A stretch of 64,000 nt of DNA from Setoptus koraiensis (lineage: Eukaryota; Animalia; Arthropoda). Location: positions 17,794,001 through 17,858,000 of the forward strand of contig CM106585.1 of the NCBI GenBank assembly GCA_048013815.1, given 5' to 3'. Positions 36,350-49,331 of this stretch are shown here, in pieces. Below the pieces are notes generated by a model. That model saw only the letters and a program-made list of their open reading frames with translations. It was not told the DNA's origin and searched no databases. The position numbers and the translations under genes were made by a program. Position 1 is the first letter of the stretch. Every line of letters begins with the position of its first letter.

Positions 36350-36953
36350 GTTGAAAAATTTTTCTTAGATCTAACAATAATGTAAACAAATAATCTTGTG
36401 CAGTCTGTGACAGTGGTCTAGGTAAATTCTCTTTCAACTCAATCAACTTTTCTGCACCATTATCGAAGATCCTGCAAACTGAACAAGTCAAGTCAATCTG
36501 CATTACATTTTCACTAATAATGTTCCACCCACCGTATCTTGCCATAATCAACCGAGTGAATTAATTTCAATTAATTTTGCAAGATACAAGCTAGATATAA
36601 ACCCAGCTTATTATAGACCAAGAACGCAAGCAATGTAGGATATCGAATTACTTGAAAATAACATCTCAACATCTGATAGTTTTACTCCAGTGAAGTAATT
36701 CGCCGCTGCCACCCATGAAATATTACGATCCTCTATTAAGTCTACTTACCATCTCATCCAAGACAAGGCCAGTGCAGAAGTTCAATAGCTGAGTGCACAC
36801 TCTTGAGTATTTATCAATTTACAGGTTTCTTTTTGCTTTAGAAATGAAAAGAACCACACTGCGAAATGTTGACAATAACTCAGCATTGACTCAATGGATA
36901 AACATTAGTGGTTAAAAATTAGTCATTATAGAAACAATGACATTGTAGTGATA

Positions 36954-37235
36954 TCATTTTTTCTGACTAATAATCTTCTTGTTAGCAATTGACATTTTAG
37001 CTGTTGAGTCTACTTTGGAGCCAGTTGCTGAATCTATTGTATGAGGAACTAATATTTTACTGCTCTTTGCCATCTTAGAATAGTCGCTGGAATCGCTCTT
37101 TGATCCTCCATCCTTTCTTTTAGGGTTTTTATTGTTGGCCTTGTTAGATCGACAAGCGACCAAATATAAAGCGACGAGTAATGCACATAAGATAAATACT
37201 AGTGCAACTATAATTATGACCTCTGTTGTGGTCAT
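36954..37235 (-). CDS. Small N-terminally anchored membrane protein
   Basis: 93 aa; MTTTEVIIIVALVFILCALLVALYLVAC followed by a Lys/Ser-rich tail. Confidence 0.55.
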   Translation of the reverse strand: MTTTEVIIIVALVFILCALLVALYLVACRSNKANNKNPKRKDGGSKSDSSDYSKMAKSSKILVPHTIDSATGSKVDSTAKMSIANKKIISQKK

Positions 37236-38012
37236 TTTGACTATTTTACATTATTACATTATGATTCCATTTGTGTGCAGTCATAGTTATATGAATAAAT
37301 CTGTTATCTCTACAAAAGAAAAGTACTATCACAGACGATTGCATAGTATTTCCGACAACACCAGATCTATTAAATGCACATCGCAATACAGTTGTATACG
37401 CTCGAGGGAGGTAACTAGAGATGGGGAGAGAGAAGGAGGGAGACACTGACAAATAGACAAAGAGAATCGCACGCTTGTTTCTGGTACTATGGTACAAGAA
37501 TTTTCGGAGGAAGCCCACTTTGTAAAACATTCTTCCATAACGACTGTGAAAATAAAAAAGGCCACCAAATCCGATATTAAATGTTTATGACTTAAAACTC
37601 AAGGATATTTGTTCAATGGGTTTGAACAAATTTCTGGCCGTGAAACCTGATACTTAGACGCATAGAGGCAAATGGAATAGATTGGCAATTATTTCATCAA
37701 TAACGTTAATTTATAAAATGTCTAGCGAAATAATCTCTCGTGTCCAAGGATACCACAGTGTTAGAGCGCAGGGTAAAACGTAGTATGCCACCATATTAGA
37801 TTATGGTAAATCAAAGAATCTGGGTACTATTGATTGGTCTGCCAGTCAGCTCGATATTATCAGGGTGAGATGTGTGAGATTTCAATTGTGGGCTTGATCC
37901 TTGCCTTTGCTATTGCTGCAAATCCTTTCATTATATCCTTGCACCAGTTGATCTCTGCTTTCATCTGCAACTCATCAAGTTTTTCTATTCACGAAGGTCC
38001 AGAATCATCGAA

Positions 38013-39821
38013 ATGAAGTTTAATCTAGCTCATTTCCTGCAGGTTGCAATTGTTTTATCGGTAGTATTATGCCATCCATTCGCAGATAGTAGAAATGTTG
38101 GAAAACCAAATCGCAAGAATGTAAGACCTCCATTCACGGATGGTAGAAATTTTGGAAAGACAAATCGCAATAATGTAAGACCTCCATTCACTGATGGTAG
38201 AAATTTCGGAAAGACAAATAACAAGAATGTAAAGCCTCCATTCACTGATGGTAGAAATTTCGGAAAGACAAATAACAAGAATGTAAAGCCTCCATTCACT
38301 GATGGTAGAAATTTCGGAAAGACAAATCGCAAAAATGTAAAACCTCCATTCGCTGATGGTAGAAATTTTGGAAAGACGAATCGTAAGAATGTAACACCTA
38401 AGAATGTAAATTCTAAGAATGTGATACCTAAGAATGAAATACGTAAGAATGGAAAAGGTAAGTTTTACTCCTCAACGAAAATTCACATTAATCAATGTGA
38501 ACAATATTTTCTCGATAAAAATGTCTACAATAGATCTCTACTGTTCGTATCATTGATATTCTACTTGATTGAGCGACAATCAACAGGCAAGCCAACACAA
38601 CAACCTCGAACTAAGCCCAGAATCAACATCGGAGGTAGAGAGGAAAACATCATGTAGGTGAATAGAGACATGTTCATGCGAATAGACTGTGATTTCATTC
38701 GTAACTGACCAACGATCCCATGGCGGCGAAAGAAAGATTATGTCAGATTATGCAATTCTGCTCTTTCTTACAACATACAGCTTACCATTTATGGCCCAAA
38801 TGTATATTAATAACAACTACGGAGATGATTTAACATTCCGTTGTCAAGGCGTTATCATATCAGCCGACATAATACTAACGACAAAAGAATGCGGTCACCC
38901 GGACGATGATTGTTCTGGCTTCTGTTCCTTTGCTAAGTGGGACGTAACCAAATGGCAGACCGTCAAAACAAAGCCAGATAACGGAATGTTGTACACATTG
39001 CAAGTATTTCGTGCGAACGTTTCAGAGTCGTTATTTCAGCGAACACCGGATGGAAAGGCGGTCGATTGGGACTTATTCGAGTCGGAAAATGATTCAGGAG
39101 AATTACGAGCTTATGAACTAAAAAAAAGAATGGACCTAGACAGTCAGTGGGTTACAGAGGCGAGTCTTACTGGCCCTCATGAAAGCAGTGGAAGTTTCAG
39201 TGAATGCAGATTATACAGTTGGGGAGGAAACGGTAAGCTTAATTCAGTGAGAGTAAATGATGAGAAGACAACTACTTGTCACGAGCAGGGAGCGGACGTA
39301 AAACACCGCGTTTGTATGAGGGCTGAAAATGATTACAATTTGTGCAAGGTAAGAACGATCGAAATCCAATTTAAAACCGTGCCAAAAGCACAGCTTACAC
39401 GATAGAACTCGCTAGACGCATCCTAACTAATCATCACGTTGTGTTCGAATAAAAATTCAAGACGGACGGTGGTGGTGCTGTCATTTGCACACGTGAACAA
39501 GGAGGAATAAAACTGCGGGGAGAGAGACAGGAGCTCATTCTATACGGTATGGTGGGTGGCCTTAAACATGAGCAAAATTGTAATATCAAATACAATGCTC
39601 AAACTGATTTGATTTCCGTGATCAAAGTGGGCCACTACATAACTTATTTACGGGACCTAATATGGTTCAAATATAGCGATCACGTCAGTGGTAGACGTAA
39701 AAAAGAAATAGCAGAAGTTAACAATCCGTCCTTTGATGGTACAATAAGTCAATTCCCGTACAGAGTGCCGACAATAAAGTCAGATCTCTTCGATCCTGCG
39801 GAGGAACACGCTGACCAATAA
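38013..39821 (+). CDS. Non-catalytic trypsin-like serine protease homolog A with repeat-expanded pro-region (4 exons, 479 aa)
   Basis: Exons 38013-38457, 38587-38653, 38781-39348, 39462-39821 (GT-AG, phases 1/2/0). Signal peptide; RINIGG resembles an activation site; CQGVIISADIILTTKEC (TAAHC His lost); CKTDGGGAVIC (GDSGGP Ser replaced by Gly). Confidence 0.8.
38091..38453 (+). repeat. Coding tandem repeat: 54-bp unit x about 5.5 (RNFGKTNxKNVKPPFTDG) then 15-bp KNVxx units
   Basis: Directly visible, near-identical units with no spacers. Confidence 0.95.
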
Positions 39822-40142
39822 CTTTGAAAATGATTAATTGACACATCTTGAATGATTACGGGCCAGTGATGGTCACCGTTACTGTCAAGCTAGTCTTTCT
39901 CTTTGATGTTGATGTGCTCATGATATTTGTTTTGAATAAATTCGAGAGTCAGTAAATTAACGATGAACTCTCTGAATCTGATTCGTAGACAAACGATCTA
40001 TCAGCGGCAATTGGAGGATAATTTTGATCTCGATCTACAAGCTGACACGGATGATCCTATCGACACAGGTCATGTCGGAACGGTCATCGATCGAAACTAA
40101 CTCACTCATTAGAAATGATTCTTCGTTTTCCTCATAATTTGA

Positions 40143-40270
40143 TTTGATTGAGCGACAATCAACAGGCAAGCCAGCAAAACATCCTCGAACTAAGCCCAAA
40201 ATCAACATCGTAGGTAGACAGTGAGACATCATGTGAGTGAAAAGCGACACATTCTCATCAATCGACTGTC
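40143..40270 (+). pseudogene. Orphan copy of protease-homolog exon 2 with flanks
   Basis: Matches about 38566-38690. Splice sites are retained but there is an in-frame TGA (GGREE becomes VGRQ-stop). Confidence 0.8.
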
Positions 40271-41040
40271 CAGTTAGCGATCTAGATTTCTTTTCGGTTG
40301 ATTTAGCGTCACTACAGTTGAGCTATCATTGTCTATTTATTCAGAACCGAATGAACTTTCTTCTTTCTATTTAATCTATCGTTTTATTGGGTTGTTTTGC
40401 ACCCATATAATATGTCAATCAGTTGTTAGCTTTTGCGGCCCTCAAGACTTATTTTCCACAGATTATACGGCTAAGCAATTGCTGACTTACGACCAGTTGG
40501 AAATAGTTCGAAAGGGACGCAAAAAATAAGAGTAGTGCCCGGTAGTTTGTTAGTCCGACAGGTGAATCTGTTTTCGAGACTTGAGAACCGCACTCGTATA
40601 GCTCAATGCGGCAGCTGTCTACATATCTATAAAAGACGATGGATCGTGATAATTCAAACGTAAATCACGTTATTTTTCTTCGTCCCTTAATTAGGTAAGC
40701 TAAATATTGTATGCTCTTCTTATGAGCGGTATAATAATCGCCGTTACGCCAAATACATATAGACCCTGTGCAAAATATATGAGCGAATCAAGCACAAAGT
40801 CCGACAAGCGCCAATCGCAAAAGAACATTCCATCTTGCCTTGAATCTAGGAAACCCTTAAATTCGTCCAGTTCGTCCTGACTACTGATGCATAAGTCATC
40901 CTCATTGAAGGACTCACACGAAATAATTTCAAATATGTCAGTAAGGCTCTCCGAGGCGTTATAAATAAATGAAGTAGCGGATATCCATAAATCGTTGATA
41001 TTCCTCTCTCTCGCCTTGCGAGTTGTTGTTTTTGGATTGG

Positions 41041-41996
41041 TTACCAAGATGGTTCAAAGAATGATCGAATGAGATTAGATTGAATTGTAGACTGAAGAGA
41101 TATGTAGTAAGACGAATTAGCATGTAAATCTAACCTTATCAAAAACTCACTTGATTTACAGTCTCTTCACCAGTGTATACTGATGTGGCATATGTTGAAT
41201 CGGGGCATACTTCATGGGTGAGCGTCTCATTGTGTTGACCGTGGATTATTCTACACCTCGCATTTTCATCTTGCTCTTGCATCAACTTGAGAATCTTCTC
41301 TCGATTGAGCGCGCCATGCATGTCACGATCATGAGAATAAAATAGAAATCGTTGTATCTTCTTTCTGATTCTACAATTTCTCTGAAAGAAGTATATGCTT
41401 CTAGATTTTTCGTGCGGACGCCGCCGTCCAGACAAACTTTCGATGATGCGACTGCTGTTAGCGATGTAATTTTCTGAAGAAATTTCGCATGTTTCATCAC
41501 TCGAAAATAGATTGATGAATATGACTCCAGTCAATGGATTTTCTAGCGATTCTTTGATCATATAATCAATCTCTCGCTTGCCTGCTCCATCAACAAGAAG
41601 GAATTTCTCTCTATGATGTAGTTGTTGGTCAAACATTTTTTGCAAGAATGTCAGAATTTCACTGATTTGATTTCTGAATTTCTTGAATCTCGAACTTTTT
41701 GAAGAGATATTGAAATGACGAATGTAGAGTATGTTCGCGAAGTCCTGTAAGGACCTCTGCCTCTCTTTTATGCTTCCTTCTCTATCGATGTGCAAGGTTC
41801 CATATATGGGATGGAAAACTCCTTTCCAGCTCTTGGCGCAGCCCACCTTTAGTGGTATTATTATCGGACTATGTCGGATATTTGTTCGGCTCAAATAGTG
41901 GTAAGATCCAATAACTTGGATGCTAGCTTCATCTATACCGATGAAGTTAACAAGAATTACGAAGGCAAATATACAAAATGTACTTTTCACGAACAT
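41041..41996 (-). CDS. Hypothetical secreted protein (probably 2 exons)
   Basis: Signal peptide MFVKSTFCIFAFVILVNFIGIDEA. Donor CAA|GTGAGT at 41150 and acceptor at 41092 are both conserved in the inverted copy near 46600. No recognisable domain. Confidence 0.65.
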
Positions 41997-42113
41997 AGTG
42001 GAGGCTCTTTAGTTATTTTGCTGTTTGTACACGCTACCATATATTTTCTAGTCACTGGGCATGGAATGTTGCTTTCGATCGGAGTTGCAGAGTTGAATGT
42101 GAATACATATGAT

Positions 42114-42140
42114 ATTGCACAACTATTTATACAGTTCGGT
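42114..42140 (-). promoter_or_regulatory. TATA-box-containing block upstream of the 41996 ATG, identical in the inverted copy
   Basis: The 27-bp ACCGAACTGTATAAATAGTTGTGCAAT (minus strand) is identical to 46071-46097 and lies about 130 nt upstream of the start codon. Confidence 0.35.
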
Positions 42141-42997
42141 GCCACATTGGTCGGATCTGGACAAGCGCAGCCTATAGGCACTATTCATCTACCGATGGGG
42201 CGATTGATTAATTGGACAATGGAAATTCATTTGCGCCACAGACAAGCGGTCGTTCCGTTATGGCTAGGCTGATCAGCCCTATATTTCTGGTTTAATTATG
42301 ATTGTTCACTATTTTCATTTGCAGAGTTCATCATTTAGATCTCATTCAATGTTTGGAATGCAAGTTTGCTAGCCTTATATTGATATCATGTCATCATATC
42401 AAATCATGTTCACAAACATTTTTTCATATTACGATTCAAGTTTCCACTCTGACAGCATCGTTGTGTGACGATTATACAATGCAATAAAAATAAACAGTGT
42501 CAACGATGCCTACTCCTGTATCCGGCATCAACTAAATTAATAATGAAAGTTGTACCCTATTAAAGGAGAGGATGAGTATTATTGGCCTATTGATTCTGCA
42601 CTGTCCACCTTGTCATTTGTTGAGCTGGGCTTCAAATGGAAGAGCCGATTCATATGAGACCTATAATGATGGCTGGTTCAACATCATTCTATTCAAATAT
42701 CTATCCAAATGGTGTAATATTTCTATACAACGTAACACAACCGTTTATTACTACACGTATGTATGGCTAGTTTTATTGGCCTCGATGGACTTGATTATGT
42801 CACTAAATCGCGCTATATCGACCATCTCCCGGAGAGCTCATTCGATCATCATCCGCATATTTACGGAACATTTAGACATTTCCAATGAACCAAAGCGATT
42901 GTTCTCAACCAAGAGAACCAAGCTCGAATACCGAGTGACACATTCCAAACCCTCATTAAATTTACCATCCGAACTCCTCTTTGTGATCTCTAATATC

Positions 42998-44436
42998 TTA
43001 CTTTATTGTTCGCACTCTGTTCGGGAATTGATTTACTGTAGGATCGAAGGACGGATTGTTAACTTCTTGTATTTTTTTCGTATTTCTACCACTGATGTGA
43101 TCGCTATATTTAAACCATATCAAATCACTCAAATAAGTCATGTAGTTGCCCACTTTAATCACGGAAATCAAATCAGTTTCAGCACTGTATTTGATATTGC
43201 AATCGTACTTGTTTTTAAGGCTACCCACAAGACCGTATAAATATAGCTGCTGTTTCTCTCCTCGCAATTTTATCCCTCCTTCATCATATGTGCAAATGAC
43301 AGCACCTCCACCGTCCGTCTTGAGTATTTATTCATACATTTGAACACAATTTGATGATTAGTTGGGATGCTTTTAGCGGATTTCATGGTGTAGGCTGTTT
43401 TTTGGTCTCGGTTTCAATTTGATTGGTATTGCTCTTACCTGGCACAAATTGTAATCATTTTCGGCCCTCATACAAATGCGATTTTTCACGTCCGCTCCTG
43501 GCTCGTGACAGTTAGTTTGCTGCACATCATTTACTCTCAGCGAATTAAGCTTACCGTTTCCTCCCCAACTGTATATTCTGCATTCCCTGAAATCTTTACT
43601 GTGCACAAGAGAACCAATAAGATCCACCACATTAACCCACTGACTGTTTAGGTCCATCCTCTCTTGTAGTTCGTGTACTCGTAATTCCCCTGAATCTATT
43701 TCCGGGTTGAATAACTTCCAGTCCACTGCCTGTTCATCTGCTGTTCGCTGAAAGGCCGAATCTGTATCATTCGCATGAAATATTTTCACTGGGTCAAACA
43801 TTCCATCATCTGGCTCTTTTTTTACAGTCTGCCATTTAGTTACGTCCCACTTGGTAAAGGAACAGTCGCCATTGCAATCGCCATTGTCTGGATAATCGCA
43901 TTCTTTTGTTGTTAGTATTAGGTCGGCTGATACGATAACTCCTTGACAACGGAATGTTAACTTAGTACCAGAACTTTTGATCGCGTACATTTGGGCCATG
44001 AATGGTAGGCTGTATGTTGCAAGAAAGAGCAGAAGTGCATTATTTGATATTATCATATTCTAGTGCGGCCATGAGATTATCGGTCGGTTACGAATAAGAT
44101 CACAGTCGATTCGCAAGAATATGTCTCTATTCACTTACATGATGTATTCCTCTCTACCTCCCTTGTTGATTCTGGGCTTAGTTTGACGAAGCTTCGGTGA
44201 CTTACCTGTTGATTGTCGCCCAACGAAACAAACAGTAGAAATCTGTTGTAGACATTTTGATCGAAGCAAAAGTTTTTCACATTGTGAATGTGAATTTTTT
44301 GTTGTTGGGAGTAACACTTACGTATTGCATCATTCTTCTTTGTCTTTTCAACATATCTACTATCAACGAATGGATGGTATAATAATACCGATGAAACAAT
44401 TGCAACCAGCAGCGAAAGAGCTAAATTGAATCTCAT
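42998..44436 (-). CDS. Non-catalytic trypsin-like serine protease homolog B (4 exons, 357 aa)
   Basis: Exons 44436-44322, 44205-44139, 44009-43439, 43318-42998, with the same intron positions as copy A. RINKGG, LTTKEC, TDGGGAVIC. No repeat array. A TCA-to-TAA change shortens the C-terminus by 13 aa. Confidence 0.8.
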
Positions 44437-45954
44437 TTCAATGATTTTTGGCCTTCGTGGATAGAAGAACTCAATGAGTTGTAGATGAAATAAGAAATAA
44501 GCTGGTGCAGGTATATACTGAAAGAATCTGTAGCAAAAGCAGTGGCAAGTATCAAGTCCAAAATTAAAATCTGACAGATCCAGCCCGATAATATCGAGCA
44601 TCGTAAGCACTTACAGAATTAATAATTCCCTGACACTTTAATATACTACAATTTGATATGGTCGCATACTACGCTATACCTTGTGCTCACACACTTATCC
44701 TTGGACGTGAGAGATTATTTTACTAGAGATTTTATCAATTGAAATTATTAACGAGAAAATTGCCAATCTATTGCTTCTATGTGTCTCAAAGTATCGTCTC
44801 AGGTTTCATGGCCTGAAACTTGTTAAAATTCATCGAACAAATATCTTAACTTATGATGGGGCCATTCTATGTTGCGCACAACATTTTGGGGTCAGACCGG
44901 ATAGCCCGATATGGTCATAATACGATGAGATTACGAATGCAGCGGTTGCTGCAAAATGATTACAGTATGTCGCTCATGACAGATACTGTGATTAATATCA
45001 ATATGGACTTGGTTCTAGGAATCATGGTCATACAACGTGACCCATTCATTGTAATGAGCCTGATAACGAGTTGGTGTGGGTTTCATTCGTGGACACGGCA
45101 ATGACCGACATACTATTGATTTCAAGAACGATACTGGCATATAAGCGTTCGACATTGTATGATATCGGCTACATAAATGGTCATTCAGTGACAGCTCTGT
45201 TTTTCACGCCTATAATTTTGATTAGATTCCTCTGATGTGGGCGCATCTATCAGCCAATTAGTTCGCATTGTTTATGTGCGATTGCCAATCATTGAATGTC
45301 TATTAGGTATTTAGTGAATGCTTGCACGTGCATTGAGCACGTGTACTATAGTTGGTCAGTTTCATGGAGAATGGCCGTTCGTTGACAATACTGCTACGAA
45401 TCTGCAAATAGCCAGTCTGGTTTCTCACCAGTAATATGTCATAGTCCGATGTCACCTATCAAATCATGCTCGCAAGCTATCACTGTTGCTAGTAATATAG
45501 CTAATGGTATTGCCCGCTGTTGTATTTGATCTAATTTAGATTGAATTGAGTGCATTAGTGTCTGAGAATAGTGGTCAGTTCTATCACCAATACTTTGCGT
45601 TGTCACCTCATCCAATGAGTGGCAGTTGGGCTGACAAAAATTATACAAAGTGAATGCATCAGACACCAATTTTCTCTGCTGAAAATCATTGGACAAAATT
45701 AATAATCATACGCGCGTGATGCACGATGACCAACTATTACGAGATAGGCACGAGGGTCATCGATTGCACGACAACCGATTGCTCAATTAACCACTTATTC
45801 GTCTAACCGAAATTTGATTGAGTGTCTTCTAGCGAGACAAGAGGAGCAATAGACATCATTTGACTGGAACTTCTTTTGATAGGCCAGGCCAAATCGTCAT
45901 CGATATTTTTGCTTTTGGAGGCAGCGTTCACCGCGTTCAGATATGTGCATGATG

Positions 45955-47160
45955 GTACATGTTGTGGTCTGCGCATATTAATTGTTTGTCGTGTCCAACC
46001 ATTCAGTCGCCCCAATGGTAGAGGAATGAATGCTTATAGGCTGCGCTTGTCCGGGCCCGACCAATGTGGAACCGAACTGTATAAATAGTTGTGCAATCTC
46101 ACTACTGTACACATTCAACTCTGCGACTCAAATCGAAGGCAACATTCCATGCTCAGTGTCTAGAAGATCTAGAGTAACGTGCAAAAACACCAAAATATAT
46201 AGAGCGCTTCCTTTTATGTTCATGAAAGGTATATTCTTCTGCATAGTTCTTGTTCAGTTCAAATTAAATCAATACAGCTAGCACCCGAAGTAACATGATC
46301 ATTGATTTCATTCGAACTAAGTCTCACATAGATGGAACTGTGAGAAAGAATGTACTTTTCATGCAAATCATCATCGATATTTTTGGTTTCAAAAGCAGAT
46401 TTCACCTCATAAGCGATTCATTTAGAAGAACAATCCTCAATCGAACCAGCAAGACCAATATATGGATAACGTCACTCACATAGTTCAAAGTTTGTTCAGA
46501 TGGTGGCGTCAAAACACAGAACCTAACATTAGAGAATTCACAAACGATTTTTCGCCTTGATTCAATAAATTCGCTATATTGTAAGAGATTGTAAATCAGG
46601 TGAGTTTTTGATGGATATACATAAAAATTCGATCGATGTCTTTTCAGTCTGCTATCAAATTTAGTATCATCCTACCGAATCGTGTCAACGTGCAAATCCT
46701 TTGATCAGGATGGCTCACGCATAAGTCGTCGAGACGAAAAATTGAAAAATTTCCCAGATTCAACGCAACCGTTAGAACAAATCAATGAGAGGCGAGAAAT
46801 CGCGCTAATTTGTGATTAATGTTAGAATTAACGCTATTACTCGTCCCACATTGATCTGTAGAAAGCTGCTGCATTGAGCTATACCACAGTGGTATTACTA
46901 CTGCGATTCTCAAATCTCAAGAATAGACCAACCTCATGGACGACCAAACTATTAGGTACTACTAATGTTTTTTGCGCCCCTTTCGACGTATTTTCAACAG
47001 GTCATAAGCCCGCTACTGCTTAGCTGTATCACCTGTCTAAAATACTTCCTAAGGTGCGAAAAAGCTGACAACTGATCGATGTTGAATGCGAAACAGCCTA
47101 ATGAAACGATCGATTAAATAGAAAGAAGAAAATTCTTTTGGTTCTAATTAAAAAAACAAT
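45955..47160 (+). pseudogene. Inverted, decayed copy of 40325-42260 (secreted-protein gene and flanks)
   Basis: Exact reverse-complement blocks (46071-46097 vs 42114-42140; 47112-47131 vs 40357-40376). Start MFMKGIFFCIVLVQF is followed by an early stop and deletions. Confidence 0.8.
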
Positions 47161-48162
47161 CGCCATCTCTAGTCACACCCCATCCACGGATAAGAAATCT
47201 AGACACTGGCCACCTGGTTGGTCCATTATGATCTACGATATTAGCCAGTGTTGCGGCTAAAAAGAGGTCCTCGACTGTAAGTAATGTGACAAGTATTAAC
47301 ACTAACTATTGATAGTGATGCACACGGTGAAACTCCCTGAGCATAGATTCCGAATCATCAAATGAATAATTGATCTCGAACAGTTCTATTTGCAAGCTGC
47401 CATCTTGTCAGGATATCGAATTTCAGTTGCAGCGATTTTCAAAATTTTTAAATTGATTTAATTTACTGGCTTGAAAGTGATCTTTTTTTTTTCAACAATT
47501 TGGCAATGGCAATCGCTTCAATAATGTGTGTCGAAATCTTGAAATTTGCCATTATCACTTGCACGCTGCCGTTGCTAGAACACAGATATTTCATAGGATT
47601 TCGATTGGTTGTGTGCGATTTTCTGTTGCGAAATTGTGTGAAAGTTCCATAGTCTCCAATTGTTGACTCGATGAACTTTCGCAGCCAATATCCAGGTATC
47701 TGAGCTACATTTGCTTTTAGCGTAACAGCAATCACTGAGCATCTTAGAATATCGCCTGTAGTGTTGAAAATGTTTGTTTTACTCTTAGCTGGCTAGCTTT
47801 CCAACTGTTGTCTCGATAGATATGTTTATATGTCGAGAGGTTGTCGAGGTAAACAGATCTTATCCGTCTGATTCGCCTGTAATAAAAAGCACATCTCTCC
47901 TGATATTTGCTCAATTCGTGTGTACGTGTGAGTGTGTGAGTGAAGCGTGAAATGAGTGCCGACATAAATAGATTACCTTAGTCGACAACTTATTGGCTGA
48001 TTTTCATAAAGTACAATAGACGTTGGTTACCTGCCATGCGACTAGATGTAATCTTCAGCGTGCTCTTATTCATCACAACAACAGATGGCTTAGTTTCTTT
48101 TACATAGACCAAACAACAAACACCAATTATCATTAGTTGAGTTAATACAAATAAACATCGGA

Positions 48163-49296
48163 ATGCGTCTCGGAAGATCCCACCAAAACCTGAACCTGGC
48201 TCAACGGCGAATGCAAATATCTATCCAATTAATAGTAGTGATTTTGGTCAGTGTGTCCATAGTGCAAGAATTTGTAAAGTTTTCTAATGCTTTAGAATTG
48301 AACAGTCCGACTAGTTTTAAGATAACATCTGATCAAGTGAACAGTCTGGTACAGCAATTGAACAATGAAAACAAAGCGCAGCAACCAGCGACGTCAGCGC
48401 CTGATTCGCGTAGTGCCAATCTTAAACAACTGTCCTCAATTAACATCAATCAATCACTATTGGACCAGCTTCGTCAGGTGCAACAATCATCAGTTAGTCA
48501 ATCAAGATCGTCGGTTCCCGCCGATGGCCCGATTAATTCGAATAATAATAGCCAACAAAAAACTAACATCGACCTATTGAATCTTCTCAAATCGAATGGT
48601 CAATCTGTCATTTCAAATCATGATGATGATAATAGTGTCAAGCAAGGAAATACTGTTAGTGACAGAAACAAATCAGATGAATCCCAAAGCAGAGAACAAC
48701 AACTGATTAAGCAACTTGTGACGATGTCGCAACAGCAGGGAGCAGTTCAAAACAACTTGCCAGTCGGCTCAACTAATGTTGATGGCAAAAGTCGTTCATC
48801 AGCTCAGAGCATTGATCCCAAAGAATCTAAAGAGCTCAGTGGGCGACTTCAGCAACTAATAATGGCAACTTCCTCCTCTGGTACCAGCTCAAATAGCAAC
48901 CCGATTCAAGGGGGCTCTAGAGCAAGCGTGACAAACGGTAATGGTACAGCTACGGGAGAGAGTAAATCGGGATTGCTGGATATTGTAACTAATCCTATAA
49001 AAGATTTGGCCAAGGGCGTGCTTAATTATACTGACAATGAGAAGCAAGTAAGCAAAGAGAAAAAGGAACAGGAAAAATCAAAGAGCCCAGTTGATGATTT
49101 ACCGTTTGGTGATATGTTGAAGCCTATCTTAATGACGATGTTGGGAAAAAAGGGTGAATCAACTGACAAAAAAAATGGTTCTAGTGAAAGCTCTGATAAA
49201 AAGCCCAGTGAATCACAGGATTCGGCATCACAAAACAAGATAGAATATCGCGTAACAATAGAGACTGTTGATAAGAAAAATGCCAACAATTCATAA
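48163..49296 (+). CDS. Hypothetical secreted Ser/Gln/Asn-rich protein
   Basis: 377-aa ORF; signal-like MQISIQLIVVILVSVSIV; low complexity, no Cys. Confidence 0.65.
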   Translation: MRLGRSHQNLNLAQRRMQISIQLIVVILVSVSIVQEFVKFSNALELNSPTSFKITSDQVNSLVQQLNNENKAQQPATSAPDSRSANLKQLSSININQSLLDQLRQVQQSSVSQSRSSVPADGPINSNNNSQQKTNIDLLNLLKSNGQSVISNHDDDNSVKQGNTVSDRNKSDESQSREQQLIKQLVTMSQQQGAVQNNLPVGSTNVDGKSRSSAQSIDPKESKELSGRLQQLIMATSSSGTSSNSNPIQGGSRASVTNGNGTATGESKSGLLDIVTNPIKDLAKGVLNYTDNEKQVSKEKKEQEKSKSPVDDLPFGDMLKPILMTMLGKKGESTDKKNGSSESSDKKPSESQDSASQNKIEYRVTIETVDKKNANNS

Positions 49297-49331
49297 CATG
49301 TAACGTAACACTTTCAGAGAAACGATTTAAT

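Noticed and set aside
38030-38393. CRISPR-like array or antisense ORF 38030-38332
   Set aside because: Units are contiguous without unique spacers, are a multiple of 3 and coding; eukaryotic context; no cas genes.
38091-38393. Neuropeptide precursor (RNF-G-K amidation sites)
   Set aside because: No consistent dibasic cleavage sites, no match to a family I know, and the exon splices into a trypsin-like domain.
40700-41047. 115-aa ORF as the last exon of the 41996 gene
   Set aside because: The conserved acceptor at 41092 joins in a different frame that stops at 41041; status unresolved.
45439-45696. Possible retroelement integrase/RT remnant
   Set aside because: No diagnostic motif (YxDD, DDE, GPY/F) could be read in any frame.
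47463-47735. Possible LINE endonuclease remnant (IPGY...IMANF)
   Set aside because: Two short look-alike words with the wrong spacing; not enough to call a mobile element.
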